The notes under the pieces: generated by a model
Databases searched by the model: none
The model's input: only the letters and a program-made list of their open reading frames with translations
Told to the model about the DNA's origin: nothing
DNA from: Minisyncoccota bacterium
GTDB lineage: Bacteria > Patescibacteriota > Minisyncoccia > Phycocordibacterales > UBA6899
Length of the DNA stretch: 64,000 nucleotides
Assembly (NCBI GenBank): GCA_035583355.1
Contig: DATEZQ010000001.1
Coordinates: forward strand, 10,566-74,565
Direction: 5' to 3'
Made by a program: the position numbers and the translations under genes
Part shown: piece after piece, positions 36,289-46,182 of the stretch
How positions within the stretch are numbered: position 1 is the stretch's first letter
Layout of the letters: the number at the start of each line of letters is the position of its first letter

Positions 36289-37092
36289 TTGAAACAGCGG
36301 TCAGATACTATGGAAACGCACATGCAGAATGGAGGAATAATACCGCCTACACCACACCTTGCGCGCGAACGAGAGTCGGCGCAGCTGAAACGATTACAAG
36401 AGGCATATGAACAGGCAATAAGTTGCCAAATGGCTCTTGAACAGAAGATTTCAGACTTGAACGAAACGATTGAGCGATCGGAGCGTAATTTTAGCATTCT
36501 GCAGGTTCAGCTTGATAGCGCACGAAAGAAGATTGCGCGTCAAAATCGATTGCGTGAGGAAGCTGAGGCGCGCTCACTTCGTCATCAATTCATCGATATA
36601 TATAACCTTGAAGGTTTTCGTCATGAGTATAATCGTTTTGTGCGTGAACTTGCGCGTGGAATGTGGCGCTCTGGTACAATCGTCTATTTTGATCTCGATG
36701 GTTTCAAGCTTGTGAATGATCTTCTTAGTCACGATGTGGGTAATGAAATCCTTATTGCCTTTGGGAAATGTCTTACTGATGCGAGCCGACCTGAAGATGT
36801 CGCAGCATGTTTGCATGGTGATGAGTTTGCACTCATACTTCCAAATGCTGAACGTAAGGATGCAGAAGCCGTTATGGATCGTATCCATCGTGCAGCGGCG
36901 AATATCAACGCAGGGGAGCTTGATTACAAGCATATCTTTGCGGAACTTGGTAGAGATCAACTCGTTGCATTTTCATCCGGATATTACACTATTCAGCGGG
37001 AAGATCCCGTGCTCTCTCCAGAAGAAGTGCTTGCACAGGCAGAATCAATGATTCCAAAGTTTTTTGAAAAGCGTACGGCGAGAATACGATAA
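36289..37092 (+). CDS. GGDEF-domain protein with degenerate HGDEF motif, N-terminal coiled coil; paralog A
   Basis: FDLDGFKLVNDLLSHDVGNEIL and CLHGDEFALIL. It is 80-90% nt-identical in blocks to the gene at 37274. Confidence 0.7.
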   Translation: MKQRSDTMETHMQNGGIIPPTPHLARERESAQLKRLQEAYEQAISCQMALEQKISDLNETIERSERNFSILQVQLDSARKKIARQNRLREEAEARSLRHQFIDIYNLEGFRHEYNRFVRELARGMWRSGTIVYFDLDGFKLVNDLLSHDVGNEILIAFGKCLTDASRPEDVAACLHGDEFALILPNAERKDAEAVMDRIHRAAANINAGELDYKHIFAELGRDQLVAFSSGYYTIQREDPVLSPEEVLAQAESMIPKFFEKRTARIR

Positions 37093-37273
37093 AGCGACCT
37101 TCGGCCGCTTTTTTGTTATAAGAAACAGAGTAGTTTAGTCCTAGAATCAATTGTTATGAGTTGAGTTATTTGTGCGCAATATCTATAATTGTTATCCACT
37201 TGCGCTCGTGTTACGATACAGTACTATAGGGTGAGGAATTTCAGCGACGAAGGTTATTTTCGATATTCAAATT

Positions 37274-38056
37274 ATGGCCACGAAGCTACGCATCACACCA
37301 GACGAGAAAACTGCTTTACGGCGTGCTCTCGAAGAGGAGGCCGCTGCGCACAAAGAGACACAAGCAGCGCATGAGCGATCAATCGAACGTCAAATGGCGC
37401 TTGAGCGACAGCTCGCAGATCTACGCGAAACGTTTATGGAGACGGAGCGCAGTTTTAGTATTATGCAGATTCAGCTTGATAGTGCCAAGAAGAAGATTGC
37501 TCGTCTTAGTAAATTACGCAGAGAGGCAGAAGCACGTTCCTTGAGGCATCAATTCATAGATATATACAACCTTGAAGGTTTTCGTCATGAATATAATCGT
37601 TTTGTGCGTGAACTTGCGCGTGGTATTTGGAACTCCGGTACTATAGTCTATTTCGACCTCGATGGATTTAAGCTAGTGAATGATCTTTTGAGTCACGATG
37701 TGGGTAATGAGATTCTCATTGCATTTGGAGAGTGTCTGCATAATGAAAGTCGACCCGAAGATATATCTGCCTGTCTGCATGGGGATGAGTTTGCATTGAT
37801 TCTCCCTGACGCAGATCGCAAGGATGCCGAATCCATCATGGCGCGCATTCATAAGGCTGCTGCGGGTATTAATGCCGGTGATATGGACTACAAACATATC
37901 TTTGCCGAGCTCGGGAGGACTCAGCTTGTCGAGTTCTCTTCGGGATATTTTACGATGCAGCGTGGTGACCCTATCCTCTCTGCAGAGGAAGCACTAATGA
38001 AAGCTGAGGCTACGATTCCTAAGTTTTTCAATCGCCGAAAGCCGAGAAATAAGTAG
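37274..38056 (+). CDS. GGDEF-domain protein with degenerate HGDEF motif; paralog B
   Basis: Same motifs as paralog A. Tandem duplicate. Confidence 0.7.
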   Translation: MATKLRITPDEKTALRRALEEEAAAHKETQAAHERSIERQMALERQLADLRETFMETERSFSIMQIQLDSAKKKIARLSKLRREAEARSLRHQFIDIYNLEGFRHEYNRFVRELARGIWNSGTIVYFDLDGFKLVNDLLSHDVGNEILIAFGECLHNESRPEDISACLHGDEFALILPDADRKDAESIMARIHKAAAGINAGDMDYKHIFAELGRTQLVEFSSGYFTMQRGDPILSAEEALMKAEATIPKFFNRRKPRNK

Positions 38057-38115
38057 AAAAAGTAGCCCATTTAGGGCTACTTTTTTGAATTTTTGGGATG
38101 GTATAATAAATACAT

Positions 38116-40815
38116 ATGTCACCGAATTCGAAAGAATATTACAGGCTTGCAATAGCGGACCTTGAGAAGATGCTTGCGACCGATGTAGTGCACGGTCTTT
38201 CTCGTGAGCAGGCGGCAGAACGTCTACAAAAAGATGGGCCAAATGCTTTTGGAAAAGAAGAGAAGATAAGTCCACTTGATCGAATTGTCGATGAGCTTCG
38301 TTCGCCGCTTACTTTTACACTGCTTGTTGCGGGTATTGTGACGACTCTCCTTGCAGAATATGTTGATGCGACGGTGATATTTCTCGCGCTCGTGGTGAAT
38401 GTGCTCATTAATCTCTATCAGGAGGGTCGTGCGTCAAAAGCATTTGCTGCACTTAAAGCAGGTGAAGCTGCTTTTTGCACCGTTATTCGGGGCGGTGAAC
38501 CAAAATTAATTCCTGTTACCGAAGTGGTTGTGGGCGATGTGCTCTTACTCCAGTCAGGCGCAACCGTTCCCGCGGATGCTCGTATTATTGATGCTCATGG
38601 TGCACAACTTAACGAATCAGTGCTTACAGGCGAATGGGCTCCAGTAGTAAAACATGCAGAAGATGTGCCACACCTATTGCCGCTCACTGAACAGAAAAAT
38701 ATGTTGTTCATGGGAACCCTTGTTGCTTCAGGTGTAATCAAGGCTGTTGTAGTGCTCACGGGAGAGCACACTGCATTTGGTGGCATTGCAGCAAGTTTGC
38801 GTACAGTGAAAGCTGCACCGACGCCAATGCAAAAAAATATCGCTGCAATTGCGCGTATGCTTACAGTAATTATTATTGTGGCACTCGTAATTGTATTTTT
38901 GCTTGGAATATATCGAGGAGTCTCACTCACTGAGACATTGTTGATCGCAATTGCAATCGCAGTGGCCGCAATTCCTGAAGGGATGCCAGCTGCAGTATCG
39001 GTTATGCTTGCAATGAGTATGCAGCGTATCCTTGGAAAAGGTGGCCTTGTGCGCAGCTTGCTTGCTGCCGAGACATTAGGTAGTGCAACAGTGATTATTA
39101 CCGATAAGACCGGAACATTGACTGAGGGTCAGATGACACTTGAGCGTGTTGTTTGCTACCACGCACTCACTAGCAGTGAAGCCGGTTTCAAGGAGAAGCG
39201 TTTGCATGAGGAGCACGGTGATGAGCATGATGCGCTCTCGTTTGCATATCTCTCGAGCAATGTCATCATTGAAAATGAGCATGATCAATTTAGGCATCCC
39301 GAATTTCATGGACGTCCCGTTGAAGTTGCGATTGCACGTGCGGCGCATCTTTCTGGCGTTGATATGCGCGAGTTAGAGCGAGACTATCAGCGCATCGATG
39401 CGTCACCGTTCATTTCATCATTACGCATGTCCCTTGCGCTGACCGGTATTCGTGGGATGAAGCACAATCGCCTCATAGGGCTCGGCGCCGCAGAGGAAAT
39501 GCTCGCGCGGGCGCGCGCATACTATGCAGATGGAAAGGCACATCCTATGCATGAGGATGAGCGCAAGAAATTCGAAGAAGCACTTCGTGATGCTACACGT
39601 GAGGGGGTGCGTGTTGTGGCGGTTGGATACGTAGATTCACAGTTAGAAAAACTTCCAACCATACCAGAGGAGATTGAGGAGTTGTTTAGCGGAGAGGGGA
39701 CATTCGTTCTTTGCGGACTACTCTACCTTGCAGATCCGTTACGCAGCGATGTGCGTGCAGCAATCACGACCGCGCGTAATGCGGGAATTCGTGTCATTAT
39801 GGCGACCGGGGATAATCCTGAGACAGCGCGCGCTATTGCTATCGGTGCAGGTATTGTGGCGCATCCTCAAGCACCAGTACTCTTGGGTGCCGAGTTTGAC
39901 GATATGACGGATACGCAACTGCTCGAGCAATTGCGTACGGTAAATGTTTGTGCGCGAATGCTTCCGACACACAAACAACGCATGGCACAGCTTTTGACGG
40001 AATCTGGTGAAGTTGTCGCAATGACGGGCGATGGAGTGAATGACGCACCCGCACTCCGTACTGCAGCAATCGGTATAGCACTTGGAAGTGGTACTGATGT
40101 TGCCAAGGAAGCGTCTGGTCTCGTCCTAACTAATAATAGTTTTGGAATTATCGTGAGTGCGATAGAAGAGGGGCGACGCGCTGTAGATAACATCCGTAAG
40201 AATGTCGCGTACCTTATTTCAACATCGTTTTCTGAGATTATGTTGGTGGTGATGGCACTTGCGCTGGCACTTCCTATTCCACTTTTGCCTACGCAGATCT
40301 TATGGACGAACATGCTCACTGAAGGTTTGATGAATTTCGCATTCGCTTTTGAACAGTCAGAGAAGGGGATTATGACGCGAAGTCCGCGAGTGCACGGTGC
40401 CAGCTCAATGCTTTCCCGTAGGTTTATGGTGTTCATCATTACTATAGGAGTTGTGACAGGTATCATACTTATCGGACTTTATGCGATACTTCATGCACAG
40501 CAGGTGAGTGAATCTGCATCGCGTACCGTGCTCTTCGTGGCACTCACGCTTCTTGCAACGTTTGTTTCATTCTCACTGCGTGACTTGCATACACCACTTT
40601 GGCACATTAAGCCATGGACAAATCCATATCTCCTTGTAGCACTTGTGATTACCTTGCTGGGTCTTGCGGTCGCATTGTTTGTACCACATGTTGCACGTCT
40701 GTTACAACTCGATCCTGCTGGCTTCAATGGATATTTTGGACACGTAGCTGTCGCACTCGCGCTTATGTTTGTCGGGGTCGAGTCAGCAAAGTATTTTATT
40801 CTTCGTAAGAGCTAA
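38116..40815 (+). CDS. P-type cation-transporting ATPase (type II, Ca2+/Mg2+-like)
   Basis: DKTGTLT, TGDNPETA, GDGVNDAPAL and 10 TM helices. 899 aa. Confidence 0.9.
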   Translation: MSPNSKEYYRLAIADLEKMLATDVVHGLSREQAAERLQKDGPNAFGKEEKISPLDRIVDELRSPLTFTLLVAGIVTTLLAEYVDATVIFLALVVNVLINLYQEGRASKAFAALKAGEAAFCTVIRGGEPKLIPVTEVVVGDVLLLQSGATVPADARIIDAHGAQLNESVLTGEWAPVVKHAEDVPHLLPLTEQKNMLFMGTLVASGVIKAVVVLTGEHTAFGGIAASLRTVKAAPTPMQKNIAAIARMLTVIIIVALVIVFLLGIYRGVSLTETLLIAIAIAVAAIPEGMPAAVSVMLAMSMQRILGKGGLVRSLLAAETLGSATVIITDKTGTLTEGQMTLERVVCYHALTSSEAGFKEKRLHEEHGDEHDALSFAYLSSNVIIENEHDQFRHPEFHGRPVEVAIARAAHLSGVDMRELERDYQRIDASPFISSLRMSLALTGIRGMKHNRLIGLGAAEEMLARARAYYADGKAHPMHEDERKKFEEALRDATREGVRVVAVGYVDSQLEKLPTIPEEIEELFSGEGTFVLCGLLYLADPLRSDVRAAITTARNAGIRVIMATGDNPETARAIAIGAGIVAHPQAPVLLGAEFDDMTDTQLLEQLRTVNVCARMLPTHKQRMAQLLTESGEVVAMTGDGVNDAPALRTAAIGIALGSGTDVAKEASGLVLTNNSFGIIVSAIEEGRRAVDNIRKNVAYLISTSFSEIMLVVMALALALPIPLLPTQILWTNMLTEGLMNFAFAFEQSEKGIMTRSPRVHGASSMLSRRFMVFIITIGVVTGIILIGLYAILHAQQVSESASRTVLFVALTLLATFVSFSLRDLHTPLWHIKPWTNPYLLVALVITLLGLAVALFVPHVARLLQLDPAGFNGYFGHVAVALALMFVGVESAKYFILRKS

Positions 40816-40820
40816 TATTC

Positions 40821-41942
40821 ATGGAACAATTACCATTTACAATTCTACTCCTTGCACTCATTCTTGCAGTGGTCGTTATTCTACGAAAGCTCGATAAGAG
40901 GAGCGGAGTTTCAGAAGAGATGAAGAACTTCGCACAAGTGCGCGAGGCAGACCGTGCGGCACTTTCAATGTTGCAGCAGCAATTAGGAGAGCTCACGAGG
41001 CAGATTGATTCACGACTTACTGAGTCTCGCAGAGATGTTTCTGAAGCAGTGCACCGTCAGTTTAGCGAGTCGCAAAAATTGCTTTCTGATATCAATACAC
41101 AAATGACCGATAGGTTGGTTGCCGTAGCGAAAGAGCAAATGCGCGCCAATGAAGCCGTGGAACACTTCGCGCAGATTGGTGATCAGCTTGCAAACCTTGA
41201 GCGCACATTGACTCATCAGAAACAGCGCGGTAATTGGGGAGAAGCATCGCTTGCGCTCATTCTGCAAAATATCCTTCCTCCTGATGCATATAAGATGCAG
41301 TATCCACTTACTGATAAGGATATCGTTGACGCAGTGATTATTACCAAGGATGGCATGATTCCGATCGATGCGAAGTTCTCGCTTGATAACTATCAACGGG
41401 TTACACTCGAAGAAGATGAGACGCGTCGCGAAGAGCTCGAGAAAGAGTTTCGTAATGACCTTAAGAAGCGTATCGATGAAACTGCAAAGTATGTGAACGA
41501 GAAAGCAGGAACGCTCTCATTTGCTTTTATGTATATTCCCGCAGAGGCAATCTACTATGACTTGCTTGTGAACGAGGTGGGTAAAATCAAGAGTAATACC
41601 CGTAGTCTCCTCGATTATGCGTATCACGAGAAGAAAGTAATTATCGTATCACCTACAACATTCTCTGCATATCTGCAGGCAGTCTTGTTTGGCTACAATG
41701 CATTCAAGATTGAGAAGGATGCAGTAGAAATCATCAAACGTGTCGAAGAGCTTGGTCGTCATATCAAGGCATATGAAGAGTTCTATAAGAAGCTCGGAGG
41801 ATCACTCTCGACAACTGTCAGCCATTATAATTCCGCTTATAAAGAATTGGGAAAGATCGATAAGGATGTGAAGCGCATTGCAGGTAGTGCGCCGGGCATT
41901 GAAGCAACACTCCTAGATAAGCCGGTCATGGAAGAAGAATAG
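40821..41942 (+). CDS. rmuC: DNA recombination protein RmuC
   Basis: N-terminal TM, long coiled coil, and the C-terminal RmuC block LSFAFMYIPAEAIYYDLL. Confidence 0.75.
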   Translation: MEQLPFTILLLALILAVVVILRKLDKRSGVSEEMKNFAQVREADRAALSMLQQQLGELTRQIDSRLTESRRDVSEAVHRQFSESQKLLSDINTQMTDRLVAVAKEQMRANEAVEHFAQIGDQLANLERTLTHQKQRGNWGEASLALILQNILPPDAYKMQYPLTDKDIVDAVIITKDGMIPIDAKFSLDNYQRVTLEEDETRREELEKEFRNDLKKRIDETAKYVNEKAGTLSFAFMYIPAEAIYYDLLVNEVGKIKSNTRSLLDYAYHEKKVIIVSPTTFSAYLQAVLFGYNAFKIEKDAVEIIKRVEELGRHIKAYEEFYKKLGGSLSTTVSHYNSAYKELGKIDKDVKRIAGSAPGIEATLLDKPVMEEE

Positions 41943-41944
41943 AA

Positions 41945-41975
41945 AAAGCCGCCCAAGTGGGCGGCTTTGTTATTT
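41945..41975. terminator. bidirectional terminator
   Basis: aaaaagccgcccaagtgggcggctttgtt. Confidence 0.75.
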
Positions 41976-42302
41976 CTTAAGGAGCTGGATAGCAAGGTTC
42001 GTGATCGCCATTGCGGACTCGAGCCCTGAAAGGTTTTCGTATTCGGTGCCGAGTGTAGCGATGAGCTGCTTGGCCTTGTCGAAAGCATTGATGAGGCGCT
42101 CGTGGAGGTCGTGCTCCATGTATTTCTCGGAGCTGCCGATCGTCGGCATGAGCATGCTCGCACAGACGAGTTCGCCTGCATAGTCGGGGCTAAGCTTCGC
42201 CATGACCATCTTCTGCGGCAGGGGAAGCGCTTCACGCACAGCCTTTATGGCAATGCAAAGCTGATCTTCCTTGTTGAGGTAGGCGTCGAGCTTGGTCATC
42301 AA
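41970..42302 (-). CDS. hypothetical protein (110 aa)
   Basis: Overlaps the upstream gene by 4 nt (operon). No family recognised. Confidence 0.35.
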   Translation of the reverse strand: MMTKLDAYLNKEDQLCIAIKAVREALPLPQKMVMAKLSPDYAGELVCASMLMPTIGSSEKYMEHDLHERLINAFDKAKQLIATLGTEYENLSGLESAMAITNLAIQLLKK

Positions 42303-42667
42303 GCTTCTCCTTCTTTCTTCTTTTTGAAAAGATGCCGCTTGGACGGAGGACGCATCAGCAGCACATTGCAGGCGAGCCGCGCCAGACAGATCGTCGTCTG
42401 CGGCATGTCTTCGGGGGAAACAGTCTGGAGATTCATGACTTCGCGCTCGTAGATGACCTTCGCGGTCGTGAGCGCATCGCGGATCGCGTCATTCATCTCG
42501 TCCGGAGGCACCTTAATGAGGCCCTCCATGATGATTGCTGCGCAGTGTGCCTCGTTTGTGAGGTCGTGCTTCTTCTCTTCGATGAAACTGGGGAAGCTGA
42601 TCTTCACCTGCTTCAAGACGAACGGGTAGAGCCAGTCCGGAAGAACGGGAGTCCTACGCTTAAACAT
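42299..42667 (-). CDS. hypothetical protein (122 aa)
   Basis: I preferred the internal ATG (MFKRRTPVL) so that it does not overlap recR. Confidence 0.35.
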   Translation of the reverse strand: MFKRRTPVLPDWLYPFVLKQVKISFPSFIEEKKHDLTNEAHCAAIIMEGLIKVPPDEMNDAIRDALTTAKVIYEREVMNLQTVSPEDMPQTTICLARLACNVLLMRPPSKRHLFKKKKEGEA

Positions 42668-42775
42668 GGGATATCCTTTCGTTTTTGTATTCGGTACAGT
42701 CTGGCACAAGATTACTGCATTTTGACGATTCCGCAAGGGTTTGCGGAGTAGTCTTAGCCGCGGTATGATAGCCCA

Positions 42776-43387
42776 ATGGACCCCATTCATCGATTAGAAT
42801 ACTTCTTCACTCAATTTCCAGGAGTGGGTGCTCGTCAGTCTCGTCGTTTTGTTTATTACCTCCTGAAGCAGCAACCGCAACATTTGAATGAACTTTCTCG
42901 ACTGATAGCGCAGCTTCCCGATCTAGTACTTGAATGTGCAGACTGTCATCGCTTCTTTCCAAGGCAAGGGGTGCATCAGGATCGCTGCCGCGTTTGTCTC
43001 GATGTGCAGCGTGATGCGTCGCAGCTACTTATCGTAGAGAAGGACGCGGACCTTGAGGCGATAGAACGTGCGCACGCATTCAATGGATATTATTTTGTTC
43101 TTGGAGGCACGCTTGGCATTCTTGAGAAGAATCCGGAGCGCGTTATTCGCATGAACGAATTACGTAAGCTCATTGCGCGCAGGCCAACACTCAAGGAAGT
43201 GATTGTCGCAACCGCTGTGACTCCGGAGAGTGAACATACGGGAGACTATATTCATGAAGCATTGCGCGAGAATGCAACTGAACGTGGCTACCGCGTGACG
43301 ACCCTGGGAAGGGGAATATCGACGGGAAGTGAAATTGAATATGCAGACGCAGATACATTGCGAAATGCAATTATCGGAAGGAAGTAA
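42776..43387 (+). CDS. recR: recombination protein RecR
   Basis: HhH (FPGVGARQSRR), C4 zinc finger (CADCHRFF...CRVC) and a Toprim domain. Confidence 0.85.
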   Translation: MDPIHRLEYFFTQFPGVGARQSRRFVYYLLKQQPQHLNELSRLIAQLPDLVLECADCHRFFPRQGVHQDRCRVCLDVQRDASQLLIVEKDADLEAIERAHAFNGYYFVLGGTLGILEKNPERVIRMNELRKLIARRPTLKEVIVATAVTPESEHTGDYIHEALRENATERGYRVTTLGRGISTGSEIEYADADTLRNAIIGRK

Positions 43388-43434
43388 AAACACCATAACG
43401 GTGTTTTTTAATATTTCAGAGTATATATTGTATA

Positions 43435-44493
43435 GTGTATAATGGATGGATGGAATTTGTCATGCAGGGCATCAGGGAATATATCAAGCGATTTGGTGTG
43501 CTTTTACTACTGCTTGTTGTGCTTTCCGCATCGATTATTTTTGCATATCCGAAATTATTCCTAGCTGTTCCACCCGCCCCGCTAACGCATATTAGATTAA
43601 ATCAACCCAGCTGGCCCGGCTTTATGATTGCACCGCTCGCTGAGGAGCTTGGGTATATGAGAGAAGAGGGTATCAAGATCGGATATAAGGAGTATCCGGA
43701 TAAAAGCGTCCTTAATGAAGTAGATATCGAGCCGTATGACGTCCGTGGCATGCTTGCTGTTGACCTTGTCGAAGAAGCAAGGAGAATCAGGCCTTTGGGC
43801 AAAATAGTAATCATCACCGATCGATCAATCGGAGGTGACGCACTGCTTGTATATCCAGGAGCTCCATCGATACAATCAAGTGAAAAGAAGACGATTACCG
43901 GTGATGACTCGTATCCGTTTTTCTTTCCGTATGTAATTGATCTCTTGAAGGGTGACATGAATTCATTCGTAAGTGATGTATCGATAACACAAGAGGAGGT
44001 CGTAGATAAGATAACAACAGGAAAGGTGAATTATGCGATGACGTATGAGCCGTACCTTTCATTGGCGATCAGTAAGGGTGCAGTGAAGGTATTTTCGAGC
44101 AAAGACGCCTCGGGAGTAGTGACCGATACGCTGATATTCAGTAATCACATCATTGAGCAGCATCCTCAGCTTGTCCAAGGATTCGCAAGGGCATACATGC
44201 GCGCATATAATTACTGGAAAGCAAATCCAAAAGAGGCATATCGTATGGTGCGCAAAGTGTTCAATCGTAGCCCTGAAGAGTTTGCTGCGCAAATGAAGGA
44301 GGTTGAAATGCTTGGCCTGAGTGAGAACAACGCAAGTATGTTTTCGGGAATTGGCTTACGTTCGATTTATGGAAATATCCGTGCTGTCCAAGTATATGAG
44401 AATCGAAAAGGGCCTGTAATAGACGTGAATGTTGATGCACTTGTATATCCTGATCCTATCCGCACTCTATTTCAAAGATTGTCGGAAATTTAA
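43435..44493 (+). CDS. ABC transporter substrate-binding protein (NMT1/SsuA-like)
   Basis: N-terminal TM/signal, then a periplasmic-binding-protein type 2 pattern. Confidence 0.45.
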   Translation: MYNGWMEFVMQGIREYIKRFGVLLLLLVVLSASIIFAYPKLFLAVPPAPLTHIRLNQPSWPGFMIAPLAEELGYMREEGIKIGYKEYPDKSVLNEVDIEPYDVRGMLAVDLVEEARRIRPLGKIVIITDRSIGGDALLVYPGAPSIQSSEKKTITGDDSYPFFFPYVIDLLKGDMNSFVSDVSITQEEVVDKITTGKVNYAMTYEPYLSLAISKGAVKVFSSKDASGVVTDTLIFSNHIIEQHPQLVQGFARAYMRAYNYWKANPKEAYRMVRKVFNRSPEEFAAQMKEVEMLGLSENNASMFSGIGLRSIYGNIRAVQVYENRKGPVIDVNVDALVYPDPIRTLFQRLSEI

Positions 44494-44521
44494 AAGACCA
44501 TACTTTCGTATGGTCTTTTTA
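44493..44521. terminator. bidirectional terminator
   Basis: aaaagaccatactttcgtatggtcttttt. Confidence 0.75.
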
Positions 44522-45970
44522 TTAAAATGCTGCGAATGCATCGTCGCTGTCGCCACCACCATATCCTGCGTGCATTGTGTCGATTTCGCGGAAGCTTGTG
44601 TGCTTTCCGTCGAAGTGTAACTCGACAACTCCAGTGGCACCATTACGGTGCTTCTCGATAAGGATTTCAGCAGTTTCACTGCGCTCACCATTCTCATTCT
44701 GTTCACGGTGAATGAACATGACAACGTCAGCGTCTTGCTCGATAGAACCTGAGTCGCGAAGGTCAGAAAGCCTTGGCTTTCCTCCACGCTGCTCCACGTT
44801 ACGAGAGAGCTGTGAGAGGGCAATAACAGGCACTTTAAGGTCCTTTGCGAGGCCCTTGAGTGAGCGAGAGATTTCCGTCACAATCTGCACCTGTGAGTCA
44901 GATTGGCGCATAGGGCTCATGAGTTGGAGATAGTCAACAACAATGAGCTTTACTCCGTATTCACTCACCATGCGGCGCGCGGTCGAGCGCATATTCATGA
45001 TGTTGATGCCCGCCTGATCATTGATATAGATTGGAGCCTTAGACAAGCGATCGATACCTTCGCGGAGATACTCAAATTCATTGTCTCTCGAGAGTTTACC
45101 GGTGCGAAGCTTCCATGCATCAATGCGTGATTCTGCCGAGACCATACGATCGATGATTTGCTGTGCGGACATTTCGAGCGAGAAGACGCCGACGGGGATC
45201 CCATGCTTGATCGCAGATCCGCGTACCATGTCGAGTGCGAACGAGGTCTTACCCATCGATGGACGTGCAGCAAGAATGATGAGGTCCGAAGGCTGGAAGC
45301 CCGCGAGCATCTTGTCGAGTGAAGGGAACCCAGTTGGAATACCACGGAGACCATCACCTGCTTCAGAAAGTTTTTCAAATCGCTCCCATGCTTGAGTTGC
45401 ACCATCTTTCATGCCAAGGATGGTTTGTCCTGGCGTCATCTGGGTAACCTTAAACACCGTAGCTTCCGCTTCATCAAGAATTTCCTCGAGCCCACGGTCT
45501 TCCTGAAAACCAAGTTCGGAGATTTGCTCTGCACCAGTGATGAGCTGACGGAGGACGTGTTTGCGGTGAATAATGTCTGCGTAGTGCCGAGCGTTGGCAG
45601 AAGAGGGGACTGCGTTGGTGAGTTCGGTCAGATAGGTGTGACCACCGATCTGTTCGAACTGTCCACGCTCAGAAAGTTTTGCTGACATCGTGAGGAGGTC
45701 GATAGGTTCACGACGGTTGTGGAGGTCGAGCATTGCCTGATAGATGATGCGATGCTTCTCCGCATAGAATGCCTCGGGGAGAATGAGGTCTGATACTTCG
45801 TAGAGTGTGTCCGCACGGATCATGAGTGCACCCAAGAGTGCGCGCTCAGAATCGAGATGTTGAGGAGGGATACGAATAGAGCTGAGGACGGGTGTGCGCT
45901 GTTCATTACTTCCGTAACTGCGCTTGTTGTATGGCTTCTTCTCGTACTGCGTGCTGGGAACGTTTTGCAT
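44522..45970 (-). CDS. dnaB: replicative DNA helicase DnaB
   Basis: DnaB N-terminal domain and RecA-like core (GARPSMGKTSFAL, Walker B VVDYLQLM). Confidence 0.9.
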   Translation of the reverse strand: MQNVPSTQYEKKPYNKRSYGSNEQRTPVLSSIRIPPQHLDSERALLGALMIRADTLYEVSDLILPEAFYAEKHRIIYQAMLDLHNRREPIDLLTMSAKLSERGQFEQIGGHTYLTELTNAVPSSANARHYADIIHRKHVLRQLITGAEQISELGFQEDRGLEEILDEAEATVFKVTQMTPGQTILGMKDGATQAWERFEKLSEAGDGLRGIPTGFPSLDKMLAGFQPSDLIILAARPSMGKTSFALDMVRGSAIKHGIPVGVFSLEMSAQQIIDRMVSAESRIDAWKLRTGKLSRDNEFEYLREGIDRLSKAPIYINDQAGINIMNMRSTARRMVSEYGVKLIVVDYLQLMSPMRQSDSQVQIVTEISRSLKGLAKDLKVPVIALSQLSRNVEQRGGKPRLSDLRDSGSIEQDADVVMFIHREQNENGERSETAEILIEKHRNGATGVVELHFDGKHTSFREIDTMHAGYGGGDSDDAFAAF

Positions 45971-46003
45971 GTATGCATTCTGCCCGAATACTCCACTTCT
46001 GCA

Positions 46004-46039
46004 ACTGTGGATAACGCGCGTTGTCCACAATGTGGTTAA
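46004..46039. promoter_or_regulatory. cluster of three DnaA-box-like 9-mers upstream of dnaB
   Basis: TGTGGATAA (perfect complement of TTATCCACA) at 46006-46014, TTGTCCACA at 46021-46029 and TGTGGTTAA at 46031-46039. Confidence 0.5.
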
Positions 46040-46182
46040 GCCATTAAATCATGTTTGCGCACCTATTGACTGGCATCAAAAAATAGGCGGTCTTGCCTCC
46101 CTCAGATTTATGTTGCCCGCATTGTCATGGTACAGAAATATATAGTGAATAGAACACTATTTTGCATGGTACAATCCTTTTC

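Noticed and set aside
46004-46160. Replication origin (oriC) upstream of dnaB
   Set aside because: Only three DnaA-like boxes were found. There is no clearly AT-rich unwinding element and no dnaA or dnaN nearby. A regulatory site is more parsimonious. The question stays open pending whole-genome GC skew.
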